Shown one piece after another: positions 63,791 to 64,000 of a stretch of DNA of 64,000 nt (its first letter is position 1; every line of letters starts with the position of its first letter). Source of the stretch: Balanoglossus misakiensis. Its lineage: Eukaryota > Animalia > Hemichordata. The stretch lies in contig CM082580.2 of the NCBI GenBank assembly GCA_040954595.2, positions 9,340,390 to 9,404,389 of the forward strand, read 5' to 3'. Under the pieces are notes generated by a model. The model was given only the letters and a program-made list of their open reading frames with translations, made no database searches and was not told the origin of the DNA. The translations under genes were made by a program, and so were the position numbers.

Positions 63791-64000
63791 TCAATCAAAA
63801 TGGAAAGTAGAAAAGAATGATCAGAATAATAATGGACAAACTGGAGTTTCTCTAAAAAGTTACAACTTCAAGATGGAAGATACCACACCACACACGGAAA
63901 GAAAAGACAGACATAAACACACATTAGGTTGCATGAAACCTACGTATACCGAACTGTCCCACATTACTCATTGTCAGATTACGAGGAGGCTCACCTCTTG

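Overview
This window is intron-rich animal genomic DNA, probably from a marine invertebrate (an inference from gene content and repeat style). It is not prokaryotic, so most of the ORF track is noise or exon fragments. Six spliced genes can be rebuilt by hand with phase-consistent GT-AG junctions: (1) a divergent BAP29/BAP31-family ER protein (+, 1152-3939); (2) an atypical Cdc42/Rac-like Rho GTPase with a degenerate P-loop, Q61E and no CAAX (-, 4485-6423); (3) a C7orf78-like protein whose introns carry several RFX X-box motifs (+, 9280-13973); (4) an L-galactose-dehydrogenase-like aldo-keto reductase (-, 15452-18503); (5) IDI1, head-to-head with gene 4, which appears to have both an N-terminal mitochondrial presequence exon and a C-terminal PTS1-like signal (+, 18992-20784); (6) a 23-exon, about 1550-aa PARD3/Par-3 (-, 23973-60653). 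Several small non-autonomous DNA-transposon (MITE) insertions are also visible. The most interesting observations are the pseudo-GTPase-like Rho, an identical 16-mer upstream of both that Rho gene and Par-3, a candidate internal first exon and a 12-nt microexon in Par-3, a Tyr hexapeptide repeat in the Par-3 tail, and dual targeting of IDI1. No tRNA, rRNA or CRISPR array was recognised. All gene models are manual predictions without transcript evidence.
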